NCBI GenBank assembly: GCA_036172245.1
Contig: JAYWIR010000020.1
Span: 3,224,001-3,288,000 of the forward strand
From: Raillietiella orientalis
Lineage: Eukaryota
Length of the DNA: 64,000 nucleotides
Reading direction: 5' to 3'
Shown here piece after piece: positions 1 through 13,595 of this stretch. Within the stretch, counting starts at the first letter, position 1, and every line of letters begins with the position of its first letter. A program made the position numbers and the translations under genes. Under the pieces are notes generated by a model that searched no databases, had not been told where the DNA came from, and worked only from the letters and a program-made list of their open reading frames with translations.

Positions 1-1449
1 TAAGTTGAAATCGAGACTCTTACCCGATTCTATCAAACTCCATGTGCAAGCAAGCTGACGAGCAGGAGCCCTCAATTGCACTTTCTCCTCGTCACAGACT
101 ATCGCATGAATGCACAAATTCCTTATTCTATATGACAGATAAAGAGGACGGTACAGCTCTTCCATATTACAGTTATATCGCTTGTGATTCTACATTAAAT
201 CCATTAAAAAAATTCTTTCAACTACCCGGTGGACTACAAGATGCTTTCTTTTTTGTTCCAAAGGACCATGACCTTGAATTCCTAGTTGAACGACATCCGG
301 TTGATATCTTCAGAGAAAAAGACCAGAGAAAGGGAAATTCAATCAGGGACGGTTGGCAAGATATTCCATACCAAGAAATTCATAATGAGACGGTCTTCAC
401 GACAACGGACTTGGAAAGTTACTTTGAAATCCAAGCTGTTTGCTAAAAGAAGGGTGACGATGGAACGGATGAAAACCGAATTTCGATGATTTCATGAGAA
501 TTCTAGATGATTTCAGTATATTTGGCTGCAAAAAAAAAACACACACATACGCACGCACACTCGTAATACAAGAGTGTAGCACCCACAGTACCGAATTTTT
601 GTCATTCTCTCTTTGCGTTCTCTAGCTGCTGACTTTTTGGAATGCCTGCCTTGCGGCTCCCTTCCGGCATGGTCTCACTGACCCTGGGCTGACCAGCTAG
701 AAGGAGAGCGCAGAGCCCTCATGCTAAATTCTCTTCCCACGCGGAGGCTGTCTCGAGAAAGCGAGCACCCAACTCGCTGATCCTGCTCCCCCGTTCCCGT
801 CTGAAGACCTCCGCCGTTTCGTTCCGCTAGCAGGGGAAACACGCACAGGACCTCTGTGTGTGCCTCATGAGTCGGCTTTCAGCATGCGTTTTGGGGTTAT
901 GGGCACACCACTGAGCCACTGCATGACCGCAGCAACTTTCTCCTGTTCACCCAGTGTCCCTGATCCTCAGAGACCGGGGATGCAGGCTGGCTCGCCTCAT
1001 ATCCGTACAGGAGAGGTCTGTCAACCCACTCCGTGCTGTTTTCCGTACAAGCGCCGATACTGTCTTCAGGAGGCATCAGGATGGGAAAGGGAGGCTCTTG
1101 GGAGCAGATGGACAAGCAGTGCCATCTGGTTCCCTCCAATGGCGACGCTTTTTTGGTTACTTTGGAACCGCTATGGAATCTTCTCGTCCTTTCTGTCTTG
1201 AACCGGTCTTCTTGGTTGCGGTTGCTATCACGGTGGCCTCCCTTCGCTTTGGACACGTCTCGAGCACATGCAGGCCTTGGCGGTGGCGCGGACTCAACAC
1301 ACGGTGAGAAAATCGAGCAGAACATTGACTCCAACAAAGAAATGGTACCAACCGATGTGGATGTGGTTGGGGTTTCTCGCAAAAAATTCCATAAACTCAT
1401 GCGGATGGGACAAGATGATGGACAGGAGATGGAGAGATGGAGGTGGCAA

Positions 1450-3400
1450 AGATGGGGAAGATCGCAAAGAACCTTGTCGATTTGCTCTATGCAATCTCTC
1501 CGTTCATCCCCGCAAACGCTCACTTTGGGGGGATGTCCAGCTCGTGTGGCACGCCATCGTTCTTGAAATCCCAGTACCCCATGGGCCGACAACGAATGCA
1601 CGAACCGATGCTCTGATTCTTCCTGGAGAGGAAAGCTCGTGGTTGAAACGTTTTTCTTCTTCGCGTTTGCTGACCCGGAACGCTGCCGGAGTGCTTTCGA
1701 ATGGACAGCACGAGTCGAACATCATGATGCCATTCCCTTTTCTGAGGAAGAGTTCGGGTCGCGATGCCGCCTTGGTGTCTCTCCAGGATCTTCCCTGCGT
1801 CTCCTTCTTGATCAGATGATGCAAAGTTGAAAGCGCTAGCTGCAAAGAGTTAGAATGTGAGACGACACCTGACCCCATCCACTCTGGAACCGACGGCTAG
1901 ATCGATCTCCTACCTGCTTCCCACCGGCTGCTCAGGTAAAAAGAGACGAAGGCGTGCGGCACGAAATAAATTGGAAAATCCTGATCCTCAGAGTGATGTG
2001 GGATGATCCAGTTAGTAGTCTGGATCGAGCAGATCGAACGCAACAAGACGGAAAAAGCGTATGGAGTGGGCACCGGACCTGCTCTGCTCTCATGAGCAAC
2101 TTCATCTCTTAGATAACTCAAGGCATCCAGGACGGCACGCTGACACTCGATAAAAAGTGATATCTGAGTGCCCTGCCAAATGAAATAAATCCATCTGTGA
2201 GGACAGTAATGATGGAGAGAATAGATTTCGTTATAAACTGACAGGTGCTCATGATTCAATGGAGGATGAAGAGAAACTTTGGAATGATTTGGGATCATCT
2301 CGACAGTACCCTTTTTCTCGAGAAAGAACAGCGGTACGCCGAGTACCTCGTTGACGGCTCTTGAGAAGGACGCTCTCGACGACAGAGCTGGCACGTACGA
2401 ACATACAGCAAGAACTGCATCCCAGGTGATACAAACCTGTGTCGCATCCAGTTTGTACTCGTCGTGCAACCGCTCCATCTCTGAATAGTTTTTGATTTGG
2501 GGGATCACGGAGGATCACCATCCCGAGTTCAACGTTCCCCATGGTGCTGCCGAAGATTTCAAGCGGTTCTCTTTGAGGAAGCTAGTTAATTTTCGGATGA
2601 GAACTCATCTTTATTTATTGGATTCTGTCATTTCTTCTGGAACAAACTTCCCGTAAAGGATTCCGATTCTTTTGGTTTACCATCTGATTCCCATCATGAA
2701 TACCAGAGCACTTCAGAGCATCCGATTATCTATAATTTTCTTCCCAGAGTTTCCTGAATCCTTTGTGGTATGCGGCATGCAGATCGCTGCACTCGAACTA
2801 CCTGTGTCTGTACATACTGATTTCCATCTACTTGAGAAGATTCTTAAAAGCTGCATTTCCGGAGCGTATTTTTCAATCTGCCCAACTACCAGGAAAGCAA
2901 ATAGGAGGCTTAGACGACCGCAATCGGTTGGATCTTCGATCTTGGATTCCAGCGATTTCTAAAAATTCTATTTCTAAAAATATGTGTCCACTTCCAGGCC
3001 TTTGAGCGTGCTAAATGTTCACGGTGTCCCAAACTGTGGGTTCCTTCGATGGAGTTCTGCAGCTTCCCTTCCTCATGCTACAGAGGGACGCTTTTTCTGA
3101 TTTTGCATACTAAAGAACCCTCGTCCCTGAAGAGAGGATGCAGCGTTTTGGACCGGTTTTCCAGTGAAAGACTTGCTGCTGCCTTGTTGTTATGGAGGCC
3201 GTACAAGAGCTTGTGGTTCCAGAATCCTGACTCAAGAACTGGTGATCAAACAGCGGAGAAGGATGGAAATTATTTAATTGGTGTAGTAGAGAAGGTTTAT
3301 GATGCACGGAAGATTTCACGATTCCCAGAGATTAGGCATCTCTGGTGTCTTGACTAGAGGAAGGCTCCACAGGAATTATTTAATCCAATAAGTGTTTTTA
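1450..3400 (-). mobile_element. Decayed RLE-type non-LTR retrotransposon (NeSL/Utopia-like): RT relic, zinc-knuckle relic, restriction-like endonuclease
   Basis: ORFs 1897..2508, 1504..1878 and 1294..1494 share one minus frame. RPELFLRKGNGIMMFDSCCPFE (1761-1696) fits the RLE RPDLV..IIDVxCPFE motif. VRAFVVGP..YWDFKND..LDIP fits VGALGSWDPxND..LGI. SHILTLC is a CCHC remnant and CGRLSLLF an RT-like remnant. Many stops and frameshifts. Confidence 0.7.
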
Positions 3401-3797
3401 TTAGCGACGAGGAGTCCCTAGTTCAAATGTCCCTTTGATTCGATTCGTGATCCGAAACTGCTGTTGAAGTACCATCTGCGGCTGCTCATTTCCTCTGGGA
3501 GGTGGATGACACACGTCAGATCTCTGCGACTCCTGCAGCTGCTGCTGCTACTGGGATCAGGTTTGTGTCCTCTCCGACAGGCACTTGCGCTCTCATCGCG
3601 CGTGAGTGGGGCGATGCATCACGTGATCATCAGTCCGAGAGTAAAATAGGTGGCAGCTGCAGCAACAATCACCAAGTACCTCACAAGTAGCGGATTACTC
3701 TTCGAAAGATGAGTGAATATTCTCATCTATATTTGATTTACAAATTTTTCCTCTTTGTTTCTTGTCTAAAGATCCCTTCCTTTGAAAGAGAGACTGC

Positions 3798-4763
3798 TGG
3801 CACGATGACCTCGTCCACGTCCAGGACGGCCTCTTTCATGTAAGGGGACATGCTGCGGTAGAGGCAGTTGTTGAAGGAGGTGAAGATCCCATCGGTGCGG
3901 ATCTCCTTCTGGAACTCCAGACCCAGCTTCCAGGACATCAGGAGGGCGATCCCCTCCGAACTTGCGCAGCAGGCACTCCACCCTTCCACCCATGGTGCTG
4001 TCGTACAGAATGAAGTTTTCTACTCCGGGGTGAGGTTGAGCTCCAGGAACTCTGCCATTCTGGCGACCTGGTTGTAGGAATTGTACAGGATCTTCACGTA
4101 AGCGGCGATACTGACTCCCACGGAGGGAGGTCTCTTTGCTGGGACGGCGTCCTGGATGCGGATTCTGTTGGAAGGGCTGTCCGAATCCTTCCTGACGACG
4201 GAGACGCTCTCGGGGACCGCGCCTCTTTCGAGGTCGCGCTCGAGGGCACAGCACGAAGGAGGCGCTTTACGGGGGACACCAGTTCTTCCGGATAATCCTG
4301 ACGGTTTCCGAGGCCATGACGGGGTTCCTCTCCAGGAAGAACAGCAGGCACTTTACTTTGTCGCTGTTCTTTGTCTTGATGACTGCGATGATGCGTATCA
4401 CGGAGCGCTGGGACCTGGTGTCCAGGTACGCCGAGTACAGGAGGGAGAACTTGTGCCGCTTTTGGCGACCGGCATACACCATCCGTCGGACTCGGCGCCC
4501 ACCGGGCCGAGGTTCGAGCAGTCGAACCGCCGCCGCTCCAGGCGGGCCTCGAAAACCTTCGTCGCCTCGTTCCCGGACACGGACGCGAAGCGTGTCCCGG
4601 GCTGGACCGGGCGCAGGAACCTCATATCTCTCCTGAGCCGACTCCAGCTCGCGTTCTGGGACGCGAGCCTCTCGACGGTGACCAGCAGCCCGATCAGGCA
4701 GATCGCCCCGAAGATGAGGTACAGAAGCAGGTTCCTGTTTTTGTCGCTTCCAGCGAGGTGCAT
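3798..4763 (-). pseudogene. Glycosyltransferase family 92 (DUF23, galt-1-like) pseudogene, intronless and 3'-truncated
   Basis: ATG 4763 followed by a signal-anchor (LLLYLIFGAICLIGLLV), then RHKFSLLYSAYLD..IRIIAVIKTK..VKC, VRIIRKNW..*SASFVLCP, YVKILYNSYNQV..EFLELN..GVENFILYD and WKLGLEFQKEIRTDGIFTSFNNCLYRSM..LDVDEVIVP. Four frameshifts (~4462, ~4243, ~4028, ~3951) and one nonsense codon (4267-4269). Similarity ends after the DxDE motif. Confidence 0.85.
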
Positions 4764-5039
4764 GGCGGCGGTTCTAGTGGGACGGGGACCGTAACAACGA
4801 GCACTCGGTTGTCTCTTTAGTTGCGAGCCAGTCGCCGAAGGCGGACATGGGGTGGTGGTTGAAGGAGGGTGGTCCCATAGTCTTTCCTCCCGGAGGGAGT
4901 CAGTCGATCAGGAAAACAAGAAGGTGAGGAGGGAGAGAGGGGAGGGGGAGCGAAAAAACGTCCAACGTGCCGAAATCACACGCCACCCAGTGGCATGGAG
5001 GCAACAAGTCGCGTCCGAGAGCTTCAAGAGTGGCCCCTC

Positions 5040-5700
5040 ACTTCACACTCGGCTCAGATTGGGAGGTCGGCTGGTTCCCGCACAATTGGTTTGGGGGCCA
5101 ACGATCGGGCAATTTCGAAGGTCCCACATGCCACTCGCGAAAGGAAGCGCTCGCTATGGAGATCGATTTCGATCTGGACTTCCCGCAAGGGTTACCTTTC
5201 CTCCATTCTTCCTCGAACTGTGCTATAGACTTGCTCTTCATAGTCAGCACTCTGGACGACAATGGTATTCCAGAAACAGCCACCCATTTAGAAGAAAACC
5301 AATTACTGGACGCGTACTTTCCTTGCTAGCAGCACACCTTTCTTCTCACAAAAACAGGATTTCTTGAATAATCTGTGCGATAAAAAAAGAAAAAAATGGT
5401 CCATGATCAGAGTCGCGTTTTATAATCAGAGCCCTCAAGGACTCAATAGACTGACCTGGATACGAGAGCGCTAGGGAGAAAGACTCTTTAAGAAGATTCT
5501 GCCAGGTATATGCGTGATAAAATTTTCTTAGGAGTGACACATTCACATCCTCGAAGGCGGTACCTGAGTGCCCGCTGCACCGCCCTCCCTGACCTCATGT
5601 ACCTCGCTGGAAATGGTACGTTGCATCGCATGGGTTCGACTTTTGCATCTCGGAATCTGGAACGGCGCATGTGGACTGCCCTGCATCGTGAGCTGTGAAA
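5040..5700 (+). mobile_element. Decayed non-LTR reverse transcriptase fragment
   Basis: GWFPHNWF resembles AFGSVPHxWI. DFPQGLPF..NCAIDLL resembles GVxQGxPLSPILFNxAIDxL. Frameshifted, with stops. Confidence 0.45.
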
Positions 5701-6359
5701 CCTCTGCTAGCAGCCAACACGCACATAGCCTAACGGATCAAAAATTCCAAGAACACCCTGTAGCAAAATGCCGTTCGATCGCTCCCTCGGTCCGGGACTC
5801 ACGGCTGAGAAGCAACCACAGGCGTCCTGGAGTGAAAACGAAACACTAAGATGCATTTGCGGTCGGCGATTGAAACCTGATGCACTTCCGTTCATGGAAC
5901 GGGCTCTTACGATCCCATAGCAGTAGATGAGGTTTCGGAAGCAGTTAGCTTCCAAATGAATACCTTTCCGAAGATTCCAAACTCGAACTCCAGAAAGAAT
6001 AAAGAAAGCATCCCAAAGCGAATCCAATAATTTTACATGTCTCGTGCATATCCCTGGCATCGTATCCTAACTGCTTTGCTTAGGCAAAACTTTGACAGAA
6101 GAATGGAAGGAGAGTTGGACTTTCTCTCTAGAGCTCTCTCGTCCGGCTGGGAAAGACACTTCTCGATCTGGTGACAAGGAACGGAGGCACAAGGAATTCT
6201 TCTGCAGCTCCTGCTGGACCCCTAATAATATTCTTGTTCAGGCGAAGGAGTTTACGAATGGAGGACATTCCTGGACTCCGAAGCAACTGGAGGAGGATGA
6301 GACTTTGAACTAGCAGTAATCACAGCTCGGTGGAAGCCCATCGGTTACGACTCTGCTTG

Positions 6360-7930
6360 CTACGCAAAGCAGATGAAGAAGAGTGAGTCTCGGCAACAGA
6401 CCGTTTCCAGATCCCTTGCAATGGGCTGCGTTTCCACAAGAGTTGCACTCCTCCATCTGACTGCTGTCCTCAGGAAGCCCAGGTCGAAGCAGATGGCGTC
6501 CCTATCGTGCTGTCCACCAGTGGCATTGCTCCAAGCCGCCACAATCCCACTTAGGCAGCAAAGGGCTGCTAGGGCTGCGGCACGCGAAAGAGTGTCGCGC
6601 ACAAAGAGGCGCTTCATCACGTCTCAGGGAGCGTTCGAAGGTGCTCCTAGAGCCGTTGCAAAACGCAACTACAAGAGCCGGAGAGCAACATAGTCAAGAA
6701 GCAGGTGCGGGAGGGATTCTCGTGCCCCGCACCTGACACAATTCGGATCCACTGCCTCCCTCGTCCGGTGAGATCGGCGGGCGTTGCTGGGGAGTCCCCA
6801 GTGCAACACCAGAAACGCCGACTGCTGCCACTTCAGGGGGAGTGCCCGGGTATTCCTCAGCACTGGGGGCCACTAGAGTTCTTCCAGAGGGATGCTCAGT
6901 AGCTCGCCCCAGAGGAACAGTCCCTTCTGTGGGGCACTTCGGGTCGCGGCGTCAGCTAGCTGGCCCGTGGTCCAACCATCTTGTTCTCTCTCTTTTGCAG
7001 AGATTCTACATCGGACTTCCCATTTCGCCGGCTGGCTACTGCCCAAGTGCTCCCTGAGGTAGGGCAGAGCTGCGGCTAGGGAAGTCTCCTCGGCCCACGC
7101 ATGCGAGGCGCGCTGCACGATCACGTCCTGCAGGGAGCGGCTGTTGTAAAAGGATTGCAGCAGTCGCTGCTGCAACTCCGGGCACGCTTTCTTGTTCTGG
7201 GCCCACGTGCGAAGGCTTTCCTGCAACCAGGCAGTACCATTCGCGGGTTGGCAGAAGATCCAGTTGTTCATCCTGGTCAGCTTGGCCACACGCCGGAGCT
7301 CCAGTCCGCAACGGAAAAGGTGCCGACGTTGGCGGCGCGCCTGGAAGGTAGACAATTCCGCACAGCCGCTGGCTCGCTGGACTAAATGTCGCGCAGGTTC
7401 GCACCAGCAGGTGCTCCATAGCTTCGCCACTAGGGCTAAAGTTCTGAACTGGAGCTGCAGCTCCAGCCATTGCAGCGTCAGGAGGCCGAGGCCTCTGTCG
7501 CGACGCGGAGCGCACAAGTCCTTCAGGCGGACTCGGGGCCAGGCTGTGTTGGTCGCTCACATGGTCTCCCCGTGCAACCAGCGGCAGGGTGGGTGATCTC
7601 GTGGCAGGGGTGAAGACGCTGGAGGACCAGTGGCCGATTGACCGACATGGAGCCACCCAGTTCCCGCGCTAAAGGACCGCTCTTCCGGCAGGAATGCCGG
7701 ACATTCCTCCTCCTTCAGCGACGTTGACCCGTCGCCTCTATCCGGACAGCTCCTCATCAGACGCCAGCTGGAAGAGGCTGTGCTGTTCGCGCACTGGGGC
7801 TCCCCGTGCAACCAGCGGCGGCACCACTGGACGAAGGGGAGCGGAGTGGGATGCTCCCATAAAGTTTCGACAGAGTGCAAGAACGTGGTGAGCAGCGATT
7901 TGAATGGCGTAGGTCGCTTTACTCTCAAAA
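6360..7930 (-). mobile_element. Decayed L1/Tx1-like non-LTR ORF2 3' part (thumb plus zf-RVT)
   Basis: WPRVRLKDLCAPRRDRGLGL resembles VxWxxLCxPKxxGGLGL. LALVAKLW resembles ALLAKW. AFLVLHWGLPSNARR..DPNCVRCGARESLPHLLLD(Y) is a zf-RVT CxxC..ESxxHLLxxC remnant. GC-rich with in-frame stops. Confidence 0.75.
7566..7819. repeat. Perfect 20-bp direct repeat inside the L1/Tx1 relic
   Basis: CTCCCCGTGCAACCAGCGGC at 7566-7585 and 7800-7819. Confidence 0.9.
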
Positions 7931-9359
7931 TGGGGCTCCTGAAACTCGAACTAACGCGTCAAGATCCAGACTCGACCTTTACGACATTCCATTTCAGCGT
8001 TTCCCAAATTATGTTCACTGATGTTCCGTGGAAAGTCGATAAGTGTTGCATGAAAAATCATGAAAATGAATGCTGAGCCAAGTTGAAACATGTTTGAAAC
8101 TCAGTCGCTCCTCACCTTACGCGCGCCAGCTTTCTAATATGGTGTAGCTGATATCAAAAGAATTTGTAATTCAAAGACCCGAAAACATCGAAGTCATTAA
8201 GTCATTAATTTCACTACATATACGTTTAACTGTTTACACGCGTTTCGTTTTAAGTAATTAGAATTTGAGAATGAATGTTTTCGTTTTCTTAACTCTTATA
8301 TTTACTCGCTTAATTTATTTATTATCAATATCTACCTACCCTGTAAGACAACCAAGGTATTCCGTTAGGATTTCAGTACTTGTGAAGCGTTCTATTTCGA
8401 GGGAAAAAGTTCGGGAAACGCTGTTCTATTTCCGAGAACTATCCGAATCAGCCAGCAAGGCTTCCAGTAATGAGAGGCTGCTGTGCATCCATGCCCTACG
8501 GTGTTCACGATGACAAACACCTGCTACGAATGTGTTTATGCACAGTTGGAGAGGCTGTCCATGAACACGCGTGAGCTCCAGGATGTGCGCCACCGTTAAC
8601 CGGGAAGAGTCTTTTGGTCGCCGCTCGTGACAGCTCAGTTGCATTCCATCCGAATGCGAATGGGCACTTGATTCACGAGATGACCCGTTTACATGGTAAC
8701 AAGGGATGCCAAGTTATGCCGTCTGGACCGAAGTCGGAACAGACCGAAGGCTCTGTGTGGAGTATGCAAAGAGGGCTCGGTTCAAAACCCCGGATGTCGA
8801 AAGCTCAACGATCAAAATACCGAAAGATCAAAAAATACAAATATATATATTCATTAGATATATTTATATGTAGATTTGTTTATTTTGTAAAGATTGAAAA
8901 GAATGAATAGGTATGCTTATTGTGTATATTGATATATACGAATACTAAAAAATATATACACAAACTTATTATAACATACATGTCTTTTACTTTATTTATT
9001 AGCACATTATATCGTTGATATCATTAATGTATTTAAGAGATTATAAATAAATATGTGTTTATTATATATAATGATGTACATTTATACATATAATAAATAT
9101 ATATGGGATGTGTGTATATATGCGAATATCGAATTATAAAAAATGAAAAAATAGTGGTGACAGTTGAAAAAATGGTGGAAAAAAAATTAAAAAAATGAAG
9201 AAATCAAAAGACAAAAAAGAAGGTTTGTATTTCATTTTCCGATCATTTCCAACACTCTGCAAATGAAGCTTTCGCAGTAAATGATGGATTCTATTTTCGC
9301 AATTTGGATCGTTTAACAAATGTATATGTCTGTAATCATGATCGACTCGGCACCTGCAT

Positions 9360-9800
9360 AGGGATGGTACGCAAAAGTCGTGAAGCGTTCTACGTTTTAA
9401 AGGATTCTCGGGATCGCGAGTTTCCCGGACAGGTTCCTGGAGCACGGGCGCACTGCGAGAGGCGGTCTTCAGCATCAGAATCTGCGGCTCGCCGTCAGTC
9501 GACATCCACGCGCAACGAGGAGCTCTCCCGGGTGACGCCCTAGTCCCGTGCTCCTCGTTCTGTTCACGGACGTGGGGCCGTCCTGTATGCCTTCATAGGC
9601 AGTTCGTCCACATAAGCCATCGACATCGGTGATGTTCTCTCCTTCCAGAGTGAGGTCCTTGAGTTGGCAAGGGAAATTTTGATTGATGCGACTTCTGGAG
9701 AGAGAGATCGGAATATGAGGCTGCAGCATGGACCATCAGCTACACTCTTCGAAAGATCCAGGAAGCTGGCAGACAAGTGGTGGCCCTGACAGCAAGGCGC
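9360..9800 (+). mobile_element. Decayed non-LTR RT fragment
   Basis: QRGALPGDAL[fs]SPVLLVLFTD at ~9513-9571 resembles RGVxQGDPLSPxLFxLxxD. GC-rich island in AT-rich flanks. Confidence 0.45.
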
Positions 9801-12800
9801 CTGTGAAATAGTATGCACTGGACGGTCCGCCCTCCCTCATCTCTCCATTTTCCTTCCCTTTTTCCCTCCTCCTGATCCTTCATCCCCGTGCATACGAAAG
9901 AAGCTTTGCCCGGGCATCAAAAGAGACAAACCAAAGGACCTTACTGAAAGCTACGCCAATGCTGACTCGTTTGTTTTGTTTAATAGACCTCAAACATTAT
10001 AATAAAATCACCCCACCTCTTGTCGGAGTGAGGAACACGATAAAGGTAAAACTTAAAGTAAAGGCTTCAAGTATTCCCAACATCCTGGTACCGTGAATGT
10101 TAAAGAATTGGTTTTCTGCAGCAAGTGGCATCATTTCTGGGAAATCTAAAGTACAGTTGAGTTTCCTGTGCAAGTGAAGACAGAAAAAAATTGACTTTAT
10201 TGTAATCTATAATGCAGAATGAAAAGCTTGCTGTGCCTACTGCTGTGTGTTTTTCCATATGAAAGTAATACTGTTACAACAGTCACTAAAACGATCAAGA
10301 TAAATGTTTAAGAAATGGAGAATTTCGTACACGCAATTTGCAACCACCGCACACTCAGAATTCGATAAAATTCAGTAATGCATTTCTCCAAATAAGCATA
10401 AATCATTTCCGCCATCATTTTGAAATGTATGCATTTTAATGCGTTCTATTTTTCTTTTTTTTTTTATTCTTCCTCTCATAGATTCATTTTTACTTGTCAG
10501 CAACAAGTCATTTTCCTAAGGAATACGCTTTTTGGAAAATTATCTTGATCCTAGATTGTGCTTGGCGACTGAGCACCTCATTAAAATGGTACCGTTGTGA
10601 TATTGCAAACAAAATGGTGGGTTTCCTTGTTCGGTACAGATGCTCTCTCTAAAAATCGATTTTTACAAATTCCTGCGAATCCCGCTTAATCCAGGACTTC
10701 TCATTAATTATGTTGACTGTAACTCGGAGATGAATCCGTAGTCTTGATATTCTGCATTACATAGATGAAATTCTCATTTCCAGCCTGCACAAGGATAAAG
10801 GATGAATGAAGATAAACAAAAACTCTTGAATATTATTTAACTATTTTTTTAATATCTGAAACTCTTCATGTCAAGTGATCAGCATTTGATTTTTTTTCCT
10901 CACTATCGATTGGCAGAAGTGGATAAGACTGTTTTGCTTAGTCCATTTACTGACATTTTTTGTCTGCAAGCTTATCTTCGAACCTTTTGTGTTAGAATGT
11001 GTTGAAATGGTGGCGATCACGTACCTCAACTTCACATGTGAATTGATGAATGCCTCGAACTCCTCGTCTTTAAAACTTCTCGGGTTCACTGAATGCTGAA
11101 AATCTGACACTCGTTCACTTTTATTTTTAGTGTCGCAATCAAAATGTAAAGTCTTAGCAGTTATTGAGAATTTTGCTTGCCATTAGTATGGGATGCTAGT
11201 TTGGATTTCCTTGACACAGCATCAATGAGCCCGCATTAGGGAAGGTGTCTTTATACTTGTTGTTTAGCAAAATCGTGTGCACATCTTCCGAAAATCATTC
11301 AAAAGAAATGCAAATCCTTCTGTAATAACTGAACTGCCAGTGTCGATAGAGACAGGCTTGTCAAGGAAGGTTTTTTTTTCCTGTGATTGCAGCCATCAGT
11401 GATTCTTCTAGATGCAGGTTTCGAGAAGTCACTGTCGTAAGATCTCCACAATTTTTTAGAATTATATTTACAACAACGGTCCACTAGAAAATATGTAGAC
11501 ACTGGAGCACGTAAAATCAGATTCGGTAAGAAAGTGGATTGAATAAATGAATGTGCATTTAATCTCAAACTGAGGTCCCAAAAGTGCGAAGCACAGAAAG
11601 CAGTTTTGCATCATAAAATATCGTGGTTGTGGTGGTTTGCCTTGGATTTTATTAACAACGATGGTCTACAGTCATATTATCCATGCATAAGAGTGTGACC
11701 ATCATTTAGTATGTCATATTTATACAAAAAAATAGACTATTACTCATCTTTTAGCGACTGAGATTATGGTAAACTTTGTTAGCATTAGTCAATTTAAGCG
11801 ATCTAAAATGCATGAATTTTCCTTTTTTTATAAATTTTATTTAGTACATCCCTTAAAAGTTACAAAATAATGGTAAATTGCCATATACTTATTGGTTAGC
11901 TCAATCTCAGGAAACATTCTTTTTCCTTATGATACATAGACACAAGGGTTATTTTATGTATTATTTACAATATGTACAAAAGTGATTCTTGTTAATGGTC
12001 TTTAAAGTTCACATTTACACCTTCGTTTCTGCTTTCTCTAGTGATGTGCACTGCAGCCACCGTTTCGACGTTGTCTACCATTTCTGGTTCTGCAAAGCAA
12101 GTACTGGAGTATTGCCTGAGGAGCCTTTCTGCATTTGTAATGTTCATTTTTCTCTCCACCAGGTTTGATGTCGTGGCGTGGTCCACGGTTTGCCAGCGGA
12201 TGTGGATATATAACTGGCTATTATAACAGTTTGGTTTTTTTCCTGGGCTTCTCATCTTTCTTGGCCCTCAACTTTTTTCCTGAAACATGCTTCTGATTGT
12301 AATTTGTGTTATCTAATATTGTTTTTCACTTTGATTTACATCCTTTATTCGATACTTTTCTGATTTCTTTATTTCTATTCTGTTCTGTTTCTCTGACAAA
12401 TAATGAGACGAATAATTTAATGATGGAAAATCTGTTTTTGAGGATTGTTTTCGTGACTGTTACAAAAAAAAAGATTTCTTTATTTGAGTTATTCATTATG
12501 AAGTACCCGAAAAGCATGTTTTAACAAAATCTTTTGTATGTGTTACCTATTACTTTGTGTGTTTAATCGTAAGAGTGCTTTTAAGCATGCACTACGATCA
12601 GAAGATTCCTTTTTGTTGGAACTATTTAAAGTCTTCATTTCCATATTTTTAATCAAATCTGACACGTATTATGAATATTTTCTACGAATTATTTTTTAAA
12701 AAAAAAAAAACTTCTAATTCATCAGATGAATAATTCAACTGGACACGGTTAGGTTGCCACGTGCTCCTTCCGAGTTGGCCTTGAAACTTGGGGACCCTGA

Positions 12801-13595
12801 CATGGAAAATAGGCGTTTCACGCACCTGGAAATGCAAAAGACAAGTCTCAGCTGACGTACTTCCCATATTTTGGGGAATTACGTCAAGTAACTACACAGA
12901 TCTGATCAGTTGAGCAACTTGATACTATTTACAGAGAACAATAATCTATAAACCTATAGGTGAATGGGAACCGGAGGAAGTGCTGGAGATTCTAAGTGCA
13001 TTTTTCGAATCTTGTTAGTTCTTGTATATACGTCGCTCATGCGTGTTTTGGAAATTAATAAAATGCAGTCAATTCAATTCTTTTTATATCTTAGTATAAA
13101 GTTCAATTTGAAGGTTTTACGACAGAAGAAAAACGTAAGAAAAAAGCACATGGGATTTTGAACCATCGCTTAACTCGATACGCAAGCGGAGTGCAAAGGG
13201 GTCACCGGTGCCTGCCCCAACCGCCGGTTGATACATGTCAGTTCCTGAGTGTGTTGTGGATATTACCTTTTTCTCATGTTCAAGTCGATTAAAACAACGT
13301 TTTGCGTGCTGCAGACTGATGGCTGCAAGCGTAAAGGATGTGTTCAGTTCATACATGCAAAGGTCAACGTTTGGAGGCAAAACGTTTTTGGACCCCAGGT
13401 TGCAAAAAGAAGTGGGGAATCGTTAAGAGCTTGGTTATCAACAGTTTTAATGTTTGCATTGCATACGGATTCTTTGAATGCTTTCAGAACGGATTGTTCC
13501 CGAACCACACATTTCTCAAACCCAGAAATTGTTTGAAAACAATGTATCAGCATGTCGAAATTTTTTTTTTATTAGTTAGGTTATGAGTGTTTGGC

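Noticed and set aside
1990..2030. Plus-strand VMWDDPVSSLD resembling a bacterial AAA/ABC Walker B motif
   Set aside because: Isolated motif antisense to the RLE element frame; no Walker A nearby.
860..8076. Many overlapping 100-230-aa ORFs in the GC-rich first 8 kb
   Set aside because: Largely explained as frameshifted pieces and antisense shadows of TE relics and the GT92 pseudogene.
10000..12500. Short minus-strand ORFs with splice-like sites
   Set aside because: Could not assemble a consistent frame or recognise a domain.
13170..13430. GC-rich mini-hairpins and TTAA-flanked segment upstream of PGAP2 (MITE or ribozyme candidate)
   Set aside because: No convincing TIRs or ribozyme core; probably promoter or 5'-UTR sequence.
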